Virus record (IMG/VR): IMGVR_UViG_3300007171_000061 | Coordinates: 1 to 64,000 of that record | Reading direction: 5' to 3' (one strand) | DNA length: 64,000 nucleotides | Source of the DNA: a virus | Taxonomy: Duplodnaviria > Caudoviricetes | Part shown: positions 30,556-40,938 of the stretch, in pieces | How the letters are laid out: each line of letters opens with the position of its first letter | Numbering within the stretch: position 1 is the first letter of the stretch | Position numbers and translations under genes: made by a program | Notes under the pieces: generated by a model | Told to the model about the DNA's origin: nothing | Databases searched by the model: none | Seen by the model: only the letters and a program-made list of their open reading frames with translations

Positions 30556-30819
30556 ATGCAAAGCTCTAAAATTTTCGCCTCCATGATCGACAACTCCAAT
30601 GGTAAGATGGTCACTGTGACTTTCATCAAACAAGATGGTAGCACACGAGTTCTTAATGGTCGTTTGGGTGTAAAGAAGTATCTCAAGGGTGGTAAACCCA
30701 ATGTCAATACCAATGAATACATCAGCATCTATGATGTGCAAAACAAAGGTTATCGTAGCATCAACCGCAATACAATCATTGGTTTGCGTATGCAAGGTAT
30801 TGAAGCTGTTGCTGTTTGA
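30556..30819 (+). CDS. Small SH3/WYL-like fold protein (weak)
   Basis: VTVTFIKQDGSTRVLNG...YDVQNKGYRSI pattern. Confidence 0.55.
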   Translation: MQSSKIFASMIDNSNGKMVTVTFIKQDGSTRVLNGRLGVKKYLKGGKPNVNTNEYISIYDVQNKGYRSINRNTIIGLRMQGIEAVAV

Positions 30820-33079
30820 TTGGAGTTAGCATGAAATTTGAACGCAATAAACATCTGTCAGTAACTGCACGTAAAGGACTCATTAAAGGTCTTACTAAGG
30901 TTGCTGAGTTGTATTTCAACGGTGAGTATGTCCAATATGTTGCACATCCTGATAAAGTAAACATTGGTTGTGGTATTTGTAAAGCATTGCATGATCTTCA
31001 GTTTTTTCATTCATATGATGCTATGCAAGAATTGATGCAAGAAACAAATGAATATTCATATGGTTAATATGTAGACACACCAAAAGATTGGGAATCAAGA
31101 GCTAATATGTGTTTATTTCTGGTAGAATATCTGAAGGATACAATCAAAAAGGAGAAAGCATGAAAGAATATACAATCGCTGAAATCTTGCATTACGCTGC
31201 AGATAAGAAACTTGCCAGTAAAGAAGAGCAGTGCTGGAATCGTGGTGGAACTAAAGAGAAGTTCTCATGCTGTGCTGTAAGTCAAACTGTATGGGAACTT
31301 TGGAATAAAGATGAGATTGTATCCGAAGGTGAGCGTGATGAACTTATCAGTCGTTGCTCTGAGGGTTTGAAAGCTATGGGTTGCCCTACAGATTCAATGG
31401 ATGCTTTCAATGATCGTGGTGAATTTAGTGTAAAAAATCAACAAGCTCGATACGCATGGTTGAAATTTGCTGCTATAATTGCAGAGGAACAAGGTGTATG
31501 AGTAGCAAACGTAAAAAGCTCAAGCAACGAAACTATCTGGTTGCTATTGTGATGCGTAAAGCTGTACGAAAGCACATTGATCGTAAACGCAAGGCTAAAA
31601 ACAAAGGGTATGACAATGAATAGAATCACCTACAATTCTTTCAACGGTAAGTTCTTCTATGAGATGACAAAGCCTGAGCTAGAGCATTGCATGGAAGTCA
31701 TCAAGACTCAAATTGATGCTTACTCTGCAAGTATTTCAGGTATTTGTATCTCAGATCAAGAACGTCAGCAAGAGCGTTGGAATGCATACCAGAATGCAAA
31801 CTACAACTTAACCAAATTACTAGAAGGAGAAAATCATGGAATTAGTATTAGCTAAAGAAAATGCAGATGGTAGTGCAGTATTTACCATTGATATGACACC
31901 AGAGGAAACACGAGCATTTGTATTGCTTGGGATTAAGACAGCGATTCTAGCGGGTATTGAGGATGCTAAAGCTTGGGATGGTACTGCTGATCTTGAAGAG
32001 CTACAGCAAGAGAACCAAGGTCTATCTGATTGAAATATTTGCTGTAGTTTGCGTTTGAAGTGATTTTCTCGTGTATAATTACTTCATCAACAACTGGAGA
32101 ACTATATGAAATGCAACTACAACGCTGGCTCAAACTTTGATCGTCAGGGTCAATGGGTTATTGCTAAATACCTCGATAGCGCATGGGTTACTGGTATCGT
32201 GCAAGAAACTCGTGTAAAATACGGTGGTAAAGTGCAGCACAGTATCTTGAGTGATTCGCCTACATACATCGGTGAAGAGTTGCGTGAAGTTGGTTGTACT
32301 TTTCTAGTAGAAGAAGAATTTGTAACAGAGGCTCAAGCTTTAAATTTTGTGCTATAATTGAATCCTCAACAACACAACAGGAGTTCCAAATGATCACTAA
32401 ATCAGACGCAATCAAAATCGTTAAAGCAATCGTTGCTGGTGCTAATCGTGAAAAAAATCAATACGCTGAAGCTGGTGTACGTTTTCATGTAAACGGTGCA
32501 TTGGTATATGCTTTGGATAACCTTTGGTACGATGTATTTAGTGCTAAACTGCGTGAAGCATTTGATTTTGATAGAGAAAATTTTTACAAAGTTGTGTGGG
32601 AATTGACGTAAACTGCTGTATAATCTAGTCATCAGCAACAAACCAAGGAAACAATCATGGCTTACGTTACAGAAGAAATCATCACTAAGGCTCGTACTGC
32701 TCTGAAAGCACTCAATAAAGAGTACGGTGTAAAAGCTACTCTGAGTGGCAAAGGAAGTAGCAGCTTGTGCTTGACTATTGCAGAAGGTAGTATTGACTTT
32801 ATCGGTAATTACTGCTCTACTGTTAAGAATAAATGCATACTCCGTGATATTGATCAAACAATTACTTGGGTTCAACGTGAACAAAACGTAAGCGTTAACC
32901 AGTACTATCTTGACAGTTCATTCTCAGGTGTTGCTCTGGAGTATCTGGAGAAAGCCAAAGCTATCATGTATGCTGATCATTGGGACAAGTCAGATATAAT
33001 GGCTGATTATTTTCACTGCGCATACTACGTTGATATGCGAGTTGGAAGTTATAAGAAAGGTTATAAATTGGTAAAATAA
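30816..33079 (+). CDS. Array of early hypothetical ORFs (30816-31067, 31159-31501, 31498-31623, 31613-31855, 31836-32033, 32106-32357, 32390-32611, 32657-33079)
   Basis: Several have their own TGnTATAAT promoter and CAACAACA-rich leader; last ORF has an SDIMADYF motif. Confidence 0.6.
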
Positions 33080-33089
33080 GATGAAGTAC

Positions 33090-33120
33090 TACCCGAGATT
33101 AATTTCTCGGGTTTTTTGCT
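33090..33120 (+). terminator. Rho-independent terminator closing the early region
   Basis: ACCCGAGA-TTAATT-TCTCGGGT-TTTTT. Confidence 0.8.
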
Positions 33121-33266
33121 TTAACTTTTACTTTTTGCTGGAAGATTAAATCGTAGAAATTTTGCTGCAATTTTTTGCAAAAACCCGCTTTGGGTATTCT
33201 TTTTGAAAAAGCCGTTTTGGTAATTCTTTGAGCAAAGACCTAAACTTAATCCGCTGTGCGACCGAG

Positions 33267-33336
33267 CAGTCACAAACCATACCGTTCAGTCACAAAATGA
33301 ACGATACAGTCACAAAATGAACGGATCAGTCACCAA
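33267..33336 (+). repeat. Four direct repeats with exact 20-bp period, core CAGTCACAAA
   Basis: Cores at 33267, 33287, 33307 and 33327 (last is CAGTCACCAA); units 2-3 share ATGAACG. Confidence 0.9.
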
Positions 33337-33347
33337 AAAAAAAAAAG

Positions 33348-33415
33348 TTATACACATATTGTCAGTCTTATATAAGAGTAAAATTGTGGATAACTAGCAC
33401 TAGTGGTGTGGATAA
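33348..33415. promoter_or_regulatory. Three consensus DnaA boxes
   Basis: TTATACACA (33348-33356); TGTGGATAA (33385-33393) and TGTGGATAA (33407-33415), both reverse complements of TTATCCACA. Confidence 0.7.
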
Positions 33416-33813
33416 CTTTTTCTAAGGGGATAGTACCAGCGACAAGGAAAACGGCTAAAAAGCGGGTTTAAAGCGATTCTAAGGGCATGGGTTTTTATAC
33501 AGTGTGCATTTTATCGGTGTAATATTGGCACGATTTATGCTACTCGCGTGCGCGTGCGTTATTTATTATGAGAGAATTCTAGCTTGGAAACCAAAGTATT
33601 CATTTAATAAAATGCAAATTATTTTCTAGGTGTTTACCCTAATAAATGCCAAAATGAATACTGAATCACTATATCGGGGGGTTTTTAGGTGTATAATCAA
33701 GGCTTACAATCAATCGGGGTTGTAAGGGTAAACGAAAGTTTACAGTTCTTTAAAAATTGAGAGTTTTCTATAATGTATGCAAATAAAAGTATACATTACC
33801 CCAAAACTCACAA

Positions 33814-35435
33814 ATGAAAGTATTCAAAATGAAATTATCAATTGACTATATGAGAAAATCAATCAAAGATAATCAGTTGGATTATGTTACGATTAAATCA
33901 ATTAGTGAAATGGATTATAATAAGATTAGTCTGATTATCGCATTATCAACGGGTTTTGCCCCATGTTCTGACGATATATATAATCTCACACAATCTTATA
34001 CTAATGAAACTGGAGATAATCAAAATGGATTATGAGAATATAAAGAATCAAGTATATAGTGCGACAATGCAAGCACTATATAATCGGGTAGATTATACGA
34101 TTATCGGATTTAATACAACTCTGGATTATCTGATTATCTGGGATAATAATGGCAAATGTAATATCAAATGGAGAAAATGATTATGACAAAATCAGAATTT
34201 ATTGATAGCGTATTATTTGCTTTATTTATTATTGCACCAGTATTCATTTATTGGAGATAAAATTATCTGATAATATATTGATTTATTTTCAGTATATTAT
34301 CGGGCTAATTTTGGCCGATTTTTGATAAACTATTATCATGCAAAACAATCTTTTCGTTTCCACTCAATTTGTCACTTTGAAATCACTTGAAAATAACCCG
34401 CCTAAAATCGGGCAGTGGATTATGATTGACGGAAATCAGCGCGGGCAATATATGGGCAAAACCCGCGCCGGGGTCATCGTTGTTCGATATCAGAATGGAA
34501 AATTCGGAAGCAAAGCCGACACAAAATCAAATCATTACTTGCGTCAATTTGCCAAAGTTAATGGCGCAAAATAACCCGATAGTATAAACTGGAGAAAATC
34601 TAATGATTATCGCAATTTATAACCATGAATATGGTAATGCTGTAAGGGCATTTTCCACAATTGAATCAGCCAATGAATGGAAAGATTCTATTGCAAATGA
34701 TTACTGGAATGATGTTTTTACAAGTGATACTCCAAAACCAGATACAAATATAGGTGACGCTTATTTTACGCTCATGATTGATTATGTTGGGTACAATGAA
34801 TCATTTGAAATTATCGAAAATATCACAATCGAAAGTTAATACCATGAAAACCCCACGAAATAACCCGCGTATTATTTTGACAGTTTCTGGCGATAATATC
34901 ACCGCAAAAGGCGTTTTTATAGATTATCGTGATAATATTCATTCATTCACAAAATCATTTTCTGATGAAAATCAAGCAATGGATTATTTGCACAATATGC
35001 GAGAAAATGAAAATAAAGAATTTTCTATTCAAGTTAATCGAATAAATTGGAAATAATACACAATCAACCGGAGATTATAAAATGTCAGCTTTCATTTGTT
35101 CAGACTTGCATTTCAGTATTATCGCTTATTCAATTGAAGGATTAAACCCTTCGGTTAACCCTCAGGAATTAGCCGATAAACTGAAAAAAATCAATATTGA
35201 ATCGGTCGATTTTAGGTACAAAACAAGAACACGCAAAACAAAATGTAAATTGACGCATGATAAAAACAACTATTCTACCGCCGATATTATCCGGCTAATC
35301 CAATGCTGGAGTTATCAGTCATGCGAAGACGGATATTCTCTTGATTTTCTAATGATGGATTCTTTTTTGTTGTCGCATTTTGATAATGAAGACATTAGAT
35401 TTGCAAGCAATATATCGGATAAATGGAGTATTTAA
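33814..35435 (+). CDS. Putative pre-early small ORFs (33814-34035, 34025-34180, 34338-34574, 34603-34839, 34844-35056, 35082-35435)
   Basis: ORF track; GGAG RBSs; lie between two long non-coding tracts. Confidence 0.6.
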
Positions 35436-35558
35436 TTATGAGAATCACTTATCTCTATTTTTGTACCCTCGGGGGAATTGCAGGCGGCAAAGTTTACAAG
35501 CGTGAGCACCACAATGGCAGTTTTGTTTATTACACCTACCACCTCTTATAGAATCAAA

Positions 35559-36209
35559 ATGGTAAAAATTAGCGTTACATCAAAACTCGACGGAATCAAA
35601 TCCTGGTCACTGCAAGCCCTAGACACTTGCCCTGGCAGCATTGAATCGCCCGGCGTATTAGTTGCAGCTTGCAGCGGTTGTTATGCCACAACGGGCAATT
35701 ATCGCTACCCTAACGTTAAAGCCCCGCGATTGGACAATAAAGAGGACTGGCAGCGTTTAGACTGGGTTAGCGACATGGTGCAAGCATTGCAGGATTCTAG
35801 GTTTTTCCGTTGGTTTGATTCAGGCGATATGTACTCGCTTGGACTAGCCGAGAAAATCCTAGAAGTGATAAAGCTAACCCCGTGGTGTAAGCATTGGGTC
35901 CCAACCCGAATGCATAAATTCCCGAAGTTCCTGCAGGTCTTGCAAAGCATGAAAGCACAACCGAATGCCAGCGTGAGATTCTCAAGCGACAGCATAAGCG
36001 GGGGTTACACTGCAGGGTTACACGGGAGCACGATAACCGCCAGCAACGAACCCGCCGATGTACCTGCAGGGGTTACACTCTGCAGAGCCTATGAGCACGA
36101 AGGCAAATGCAGCGGGTGCAGAGCTTGTTGGTCAAAAGAGGTTGACGTTATAGCATACCCTGCCCACGGTGTAAAAATGAAAAAAATCATTAAAATAAGC
36201 AAGGGTTAA
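35559..36209 (+). CDS. GP88-like (radical-SAM-related) protein
   Basis: SWSLQALDTCPG...CSGCYA (CxxxCxxC-like) and FRWFDSGD...HWVPTR; C-terminal Cys cluster CRA...CSGCRACW; start MVKIS. Confidence 0.75.
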   Translation: MVKISVTSKLDGIKSWSLQALDTCPGSIESPGVLVAACSGCYATTGNYRYPNVKAPRLDNKEDWQRLDWVSDMVQALQDSRFFRWFDSGDMYSLGLAEKILEVIKLTPWCKHWVPTRMHKFPKFLQVLQSMKAQPNASVRFSSDSISGGYTAGLHGSTITASNEPADVPAGVTLCRAYEHEGKCSGCRACWSKEVDVIAYPAHGVKMKKIIKISKG

Positions 36210-36905
36210 TTATATGCATATAAAAGACATTTTCATTTTTCTGTTTTCAGTGTATGTTTTTTTGTGGGTTTGCATTTTGGGGGTAATGGCAACAGCAATT
36301 ATCCGGTATAAAATCCAGCAAATTCTCGCATGATGTAAACAGGGGTTGACCTTCACGGGTTGACCCCCCTTTTTTTTTTGTTCTGATGTTTAAACCGAAC
36401 GCCAGCGACAGCGACAACAGCAAAACACGCAACAGATCAAAACAGCAAAAAAAAAAAAATCGACTCCCTACCGTTTATACGCTTAGTGATTTTTTGTGAT
36501 GTAATGACAGCTAATACCAAAAAATTCAAACCCAAAATGCATACAATAGATGCTAACGCATAGTGAAACGAAAGGAATACCAGATATTTTAAAATCGTAG
36601 TATATCCAACCCTTACCCAGTGCTGGCCTATCAAGCACCCATGACTTACAGCAAATAAAATCCACACATGCATCCCGTAAGTTTTAACCCTAACAAGACA
36701 CTAACAATTGCTTCCAAAGCTGTTATCAGTACTCTGACACCCTCAAGAAGCTGCTTAAAACTGCTGTAGACAGCCTTAAATAGCACTCAGGATACCAACT
36801 ACTAGTTATACTCAATATTGGCTTCTAGAGGCTTTAAACCCTTTGATATTTACCAAAAGAAAAAACCCCAAGGCTGTTAAACCAAGGGGTTGTAAATTTT
36901 AATTT

Positions 36906-37565
36906 TTATTTTTTAAGCTTCGTACTCTTAGCTTCAGCTTTAGCTTTCTTTTCCTGAAGTTCTGCTCTAAGCTCTAACCTTCGGATAATCTCTTCAGCAT
37001 CAAACCAAAGCTCTTTACCCATAATAACTTCTTCAAGTTCTTTATCGGTTAGAAAGTCCTTGTATACGCTACCCATGAGATTGCGAACTTGCTTATCTAC
37101 GAATGAAGCATGAGAGATAACATCCGACTGCTTACCAAAAGCTCCAAACGTAGCAGAGTGAACCATCATTGTAGCGTAAGGTGATACACTAATGCTCGGT
37201 GATGCCAGTGCAATCAAAGAAGCTGCACTAGCTGCTACACCTTCAATTTCAGCGTGTACATCTGCGTCAGTATTTTCAATAGCGTTGATAATAGCAATTG
37301 CACCATCCAGTTGACCACCGTAGCTATTAATCTTAAGGAGTAAAAGATCACCTTCACCTAAAGAATCAACTGCTTGTAGCATCGTGCGATAATACTTAGC
37401 TTCTCTGATATTTTCATCTAGGTATACTTTAACACAACGATTTGTTTTGGTACTCTCAAAATAAGTTAAATGCTGCAGCGATCCACGTACAGTAACTTCA
37501 TCATCATCATCATCGTCATTACGAGTCATCTTGGTATAATTCTTATAATTACTTACGTTTTGCAT
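36906..37565 (-). CDS. clpP: ClpP-like protease subunit
   Basis: INSYGG, AASAASLI (catalytic Ser), MMVH, ELWFDAEE. Confidence 0.85.
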   Translation of the reverse strand: MQNVSNYKNYTKMTRNDDDDDDEVTVRGSLQHLTYFESTKTNRCVKVYLDENIREAKYYRTMLQAVDSLGEGDLLLLKINSYGGQLDGAIAIINAIENTDADVHAEIEGVAASAASLIALASPSISVSPYATMMVHSATFGAFGKQSDVISHASFVDKQVRNLMGSVYKDFLTDKELEEVIMGKELWFDAEEIIRRLELRAELQEKKAKAEAKSTKLKK

Positions 37566-38328
37566 TGGTTACTCCTTTGGTATTAAATTCATCAATTACA
37601 CTGTTTTTCGTATATTCAGCTAAAATCTCATCTTCAAAAGCAATAACGAACTCTTTAGTCAATCCGCTGCGAACAACATGCTCTCTACTGAAGGTAGTAA
37701 AGCTGCAATCATTGATGTTGTACTTTACACAAATCTTCTCTAAGTACGTCAGTCCATCCATGCCTTTTTTAACATCAGTTTGTGGACCTGTGTTATCACC
37801 GCAAAAGATAATCTGAGAATCGTTACCTACACGAGTAGTTAATGCTTGAATCTCCGGTACAAACAAATTCTGACTTTCATCTACAATAATGATGCTATCA
37901 TTCCAGCTTCTACCTCGAATAGTCTCTAGGCTACAAATCTCAATGGTTTTATTCTTTAGATGAATCTCTGTAGTTGCTTTACCAAGATAATCCTCAAAGT
38001 AATCAATCATCTGTTGGTAAAAAGGAAGTAACTTCTCTTCTGCTGTTCCCGGTAAGAAACCAATACTTCTACCAGCCAACGGTTGATATGCACGAATCAA
38101 TACAACTTTCTTAATATCACCATAATGCAATTTCTTAGCTGCATGATGAATAGCTAACAAAGTTTTACCAGTACCTGCACTACCACGAGCTACAACCAAA
38201 GTATTATACTTCAGAGCTTCCAGTAATTCTTGCTGTTTATCGTTCATTGCATGTAAAACGGGGAATTGACTGCGCTGGAACTTCTCTTTTTGCACACGTT
38301 GTGATTGTACTTTTTGATTTCTTTTCAT
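37549..38328 (-). CDS. phoH: PhoH-like ATPase
   Basis: GSAGTGKT, GFLPG, ETIRGRSW, IIVDESQN, GDNTGPQTD, VVRSG. Confidence 0.93.
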   Translation of the reverse strand: MKRNQKVQSQRVQKEKFQRSQFPVLHAMNDKQQELLEALKYNTLVVARGSAGTGKTLLAIHHAAKKLHYGDIKKVVLIRAYQPLAGRSIGFLPGTAEEKLLPFYQQMIDYFEDYLGKATTEIHLKNKTIEICSLETIRGRSWNDSIIIVDESQNLFVPEIQALTTRVGNDSQIIFCGDNTGPQTDVKKGMDGLTYLEKICVKYNINDCSFTTFSREHVVRSGLTKEFVIAFEDEILAEYTKNSVIDEFNTKGVTNAKRK

Positions 38329-38365
38329 ATTATCCTTTCTATACTACTTTAGGATTTTGCTAATA

Positions 38366-38557
38366 TTAAAATTTTGCAATTCTTTTCTGTAAAATACCAG
38401 CATAAACCATCATAGAATAATACTGCATTTTTAATAATTCTTGCTCATCAATATCGAGTGAATCAAAAATTTTATTTGTAAAAAACATATAAAGTGCTTT
38501 AGCTTTATCATTTAAAGCATCATATTCGTCAATTACTCTTTGTTGATGTGGCTGCAT
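38366..38557 (-). CDS. crAss001_48-like small protein
   Basis: MQPHQQRVIDEYDAL...LLKMQYYSMMVYAGILQKRI pattern. Confidence 0.65.
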   Translation of the reverse strand: MQPHQQRVIDEYDALNDKAKALYMFFTNKIFDSLDIDEQELLKMQYYSMMVYAGILQKRIAKF

Positions 38558-38591
38558 AAATTTCCTATATTATGTTTATAATTAAATACTA

Positions 38592-38855
38592 TCAGGTATT
38601 ATCTTTTGGTTTACGACCTCGTTTAACTTCAGTATTAACTTCTGCATTATCTTGAGTAACAACTTCAGTGTGTTGTTGTACAATTTCTTTTGGTTTATCT
38701 TCAGCTTTAACCATACCAGTGACTAGCATTGAGCCGAATGCAATAGGTGCATTTTCATTAGATTCAAAATCAAAGCGCCAACCCTCTAAAATAGCTTGTT
38801 GCGTTTTATCGCAAAATTCAAACAGGCTGTAAGTTTCAATTCTTTTAGTTTCCAT
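38592..38855 (-). CDS. Hypothetical protein
   Basis: 87-aa ORF with GGAG RBS, ending KRGRKPK. Confidence 0.6.
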   Translation of the reverse strand: METKRIETYSLFEFCDKTQQAILEGWRFDFESNENAPIAFGSMLVTGMVKAEDKPKEIVQQHTEVVTQDNAEVNTEVKRGRKPKDNT

Positions 38856-38893
38856 AAAATCTCCTTGTTAAAATTACATTGTACCACAAAAAA

Positions 38894-39760
38894 TTAAGAT
38901 TGCAACCTCAAAGATAAAACTTCTTGTTGTTTATTTGCATACCATTCATTTGCCAATCTCCAAGCCTCATCTTTACCATATTTATTGTAAGAGAAAAATT
39001 TAGAGATTCGTTTATATTTTTCAACAGATACTCTGGCAAGAGCGCCATTTTGCATTTCCCTTATGTTGTTATGACCAGATGTGTTCCTAGAAGATAAACC
39101 ATTGTTGTTGAGTGACTTATTTTTTAAAGAGTTAGTCTCTTTGGTTACACATTCAAGATTTTCAATGCTGTTATTTGTTCTATCGTTATCTTTATGATTA
39201 ATTACTAAATTTTCATCTTGCAAATCATTGAATAAAAACCAAACAATTCTATGTGCAAGAAATATTTTTCCATTTACCTGAACTCTGTAATAATTGTCTG
39301 CAGATGAGTGCCAACCTGCAATATCACCTTCACGACATTTACTAAAAGGCACATTAATCTTCCAAGTAAGAAAACTAGGAGATGCTGGATCATATTGTAA
39401 TTTTGAACGGATATCTTCTAAGTCAATGATTTTTGTTCTTGAATTAGATAGTTTATTTACTAGTTTCCAATCCAATGGAGGATTATTTATATAATAATGT
39501 TCTAACTCTAAGGCATCCTCTTCAGATAAATTTTCTGCAAGTTTATCAACCTGAACACCTCCTGAATCTGACAAGCACTCATCGTATTTAGAACCTCTAC
39601 CTGAAAAACGCAAAGCTCTTGGACCACTACCTTTTCCAATATAGAAAACGACACCATCTGATACTCTTCTGTGAGTATATACGTAAAAATTATTATTTTG
39701 CATAAGTACCTTTGTTGTTGGATAAGGTTCCATTGTAGCATGTTCTAGTTGGAAAGTCAA
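38894..39760 (-). CDS. Chimeric homing endonuclease: GIY-YIG-like + HNH + AP2-like
   Basis: YVYTHRR...FYIGKGSG; AHRIVW...HKDNDRTNNSIENL; FSYNKYGKDEAWRLA; probable start MQNNN; own promoter at about 39731-39760. Confidence 0.85.
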   Translation of the reverse strand: MTFQLEHATMEPYPTTKVLMQNNNFYVYTHRRVSDGVVFYIGKGSGPRALRFSGRGSKYDECLSDSGGVQVDKLAENLSEEDALELEHYYINNPPLDWKLVNKLSNSRTKIIDLEDIRSKLQYDPASPSFLTWKINVPFSKCREGDIAGWHSSADNYYRVQVNGKIFLAHRIVWFLFNDLQDENLVINHKDNDRTNNSIENLECVTKETNSLKNKSLNNNGLSSRNTSGHNNIREMQNGALARVSVEKYKRISKFFSYNKYGKDEAWRLANEWYANKQQEVLSLRLQS

Positions 39761-39829
39761 GGTTTATTTAAGTCAACTAAAATATTTTGTAAAAGTACTT
39801 GACAAACGCTAATTTGTGTGATACCCTAT

Positions 39830-40130
39830 AGAATACATAAGTATATAACATAGGTTATTACATTAGTTAGTACCTATATTGTAATATACGTTATAATCTG
39901 CATTAACTCTATATTTAGTACTTATATAAGTATATCTAATAGTAACTACCGATGTTAACATTAAATGTACTAGTAAGTTAGTTAGGTAGTAAGTAAGAGA
40001 TATAAATAACTTAAGATTAATATAGGTTATAATATAGATTCTATTCACAGTAGTTAACGTTAACTACTTAGATTATAATCTATATTAATAATCTATATTA
40101 TCGGCAATAGTTTTATTATTTTATTTAATT
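39830..40130. other. Very AT-rich palindrome-dense non-coding tract (candidate replication origin)
   Basis: Perfect palindromes tacttatataagta (39919-39932), gtagttaacgttaactac (40050-40067), tagattataatcta (40069-40082). Confidence 0.5.
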
Positions 40131-40372
40131 AAAACATGCAGCTTGGTTCGCTCTAGCCGCGAGGCTTTCTTGCAGAAGGCTTGTTGAACTTGTACTAAAG
40201 CTGCTCAGTTAAAACCTTCAGCAAAGCCCCTAGAAGCTTCTGCAAGCTGTCAATTTTAAGTAGTCTAGGGCTAGGTAGCCTGAAGGCATGAAACGAGCAT
40301 ATAGAGCGTTTCAATCAATCTTCATGTTTGTTGTACAAGAGATTAAAAGGTCAACTTTAGGAAAGTATATTT

Positions 40373-40855
40373 ATGCAAGTAAAAGATTTAATTGATTATG
40401 ACATATTAACTGGTGACTTCTTTATATTGAAGAACAATATTAAATACCGCAAGATATTTCCAGATGAAGATGGTTATATTGTATTTTATAAAGACAATAA
40501 GAGAATTAAATTTAAAGCAAATAAAGTAGCAATTGAGTTGGTACAAAATATTATTGTACAAAAAGATAAAGTTGTACTGCATAAAAACTTAGATGAAACA
40601 GATTACAGATATTGTAACTTAAAGCTAATATCTAAAAAGACACACAATGCAATAAAGGAAGCTCATCGCAACTTATCTGGATATTTGAAACTACAGCCTC
40701 ATCAAAAGGACATGTTCTGTTATGTACTCATCTGGAAAGAAAACGGTAAGGATAGAGTCCTAGTTGTACAAGATATTGTAATAGCGAAAAGAATGTACAA
40801 TAAACTGCAGTTAAAGTACGCTAAGATTTTAAGTAAATACTGTGTGTTTGACTAA
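40373..40855 (+). CDS. Degenerate HNH-fold protein
   Basis: DYDILTGDF...DGY...KANKVAIE...VLHKNLDETDYRYCNL aligns to the HNH core but lacks conserved His/Asn residues. Confidence 0.55.
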   Translation: MQVKDLIDYDILTGDFFILKNNIKYRKIFPDEDGYIVFYKDNKRIKFKANKVAIELVQNIIVQKDKVVLHKNLDETDYRYCNLKLISKKTHNAIKEAHRNLSGYLKLQPHQKDMFCYVLIWKENGKDRVLVVQDIVIAKRMYNKLQLKYAKILSKYCVFD

Positions 40856-40870
40856 ACATTGATATTACGC

Positions 40871-40899
40871 TTGAAATATCTACTTTTCTATGATATAAT
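40871..40899 (+). promoter_or_regulatory. sigma70-type promoter
   Basis: TTGAAA-17-TATAAT with extended TG. Confidence 0.7.
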
Positions 40900-40938
40900 C
40901 AAGCATCTATGTAAATTAAACTTCTAGTCTTTAGTAAA

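Noticed and set aside
33267-33336. 20-bp repeats as a mini CRISPR array
   Set aside because: The 10-bp core with 10-bp semi-conserved linkers is far too short for repeat-spacer units, and no cas genes are present
39863-40048. 61-aa minus-strand ORF in the AT tract
   Set aside because: Low-complexity Y/I/T/N sequence produced by the TA-rich palindromic DNA
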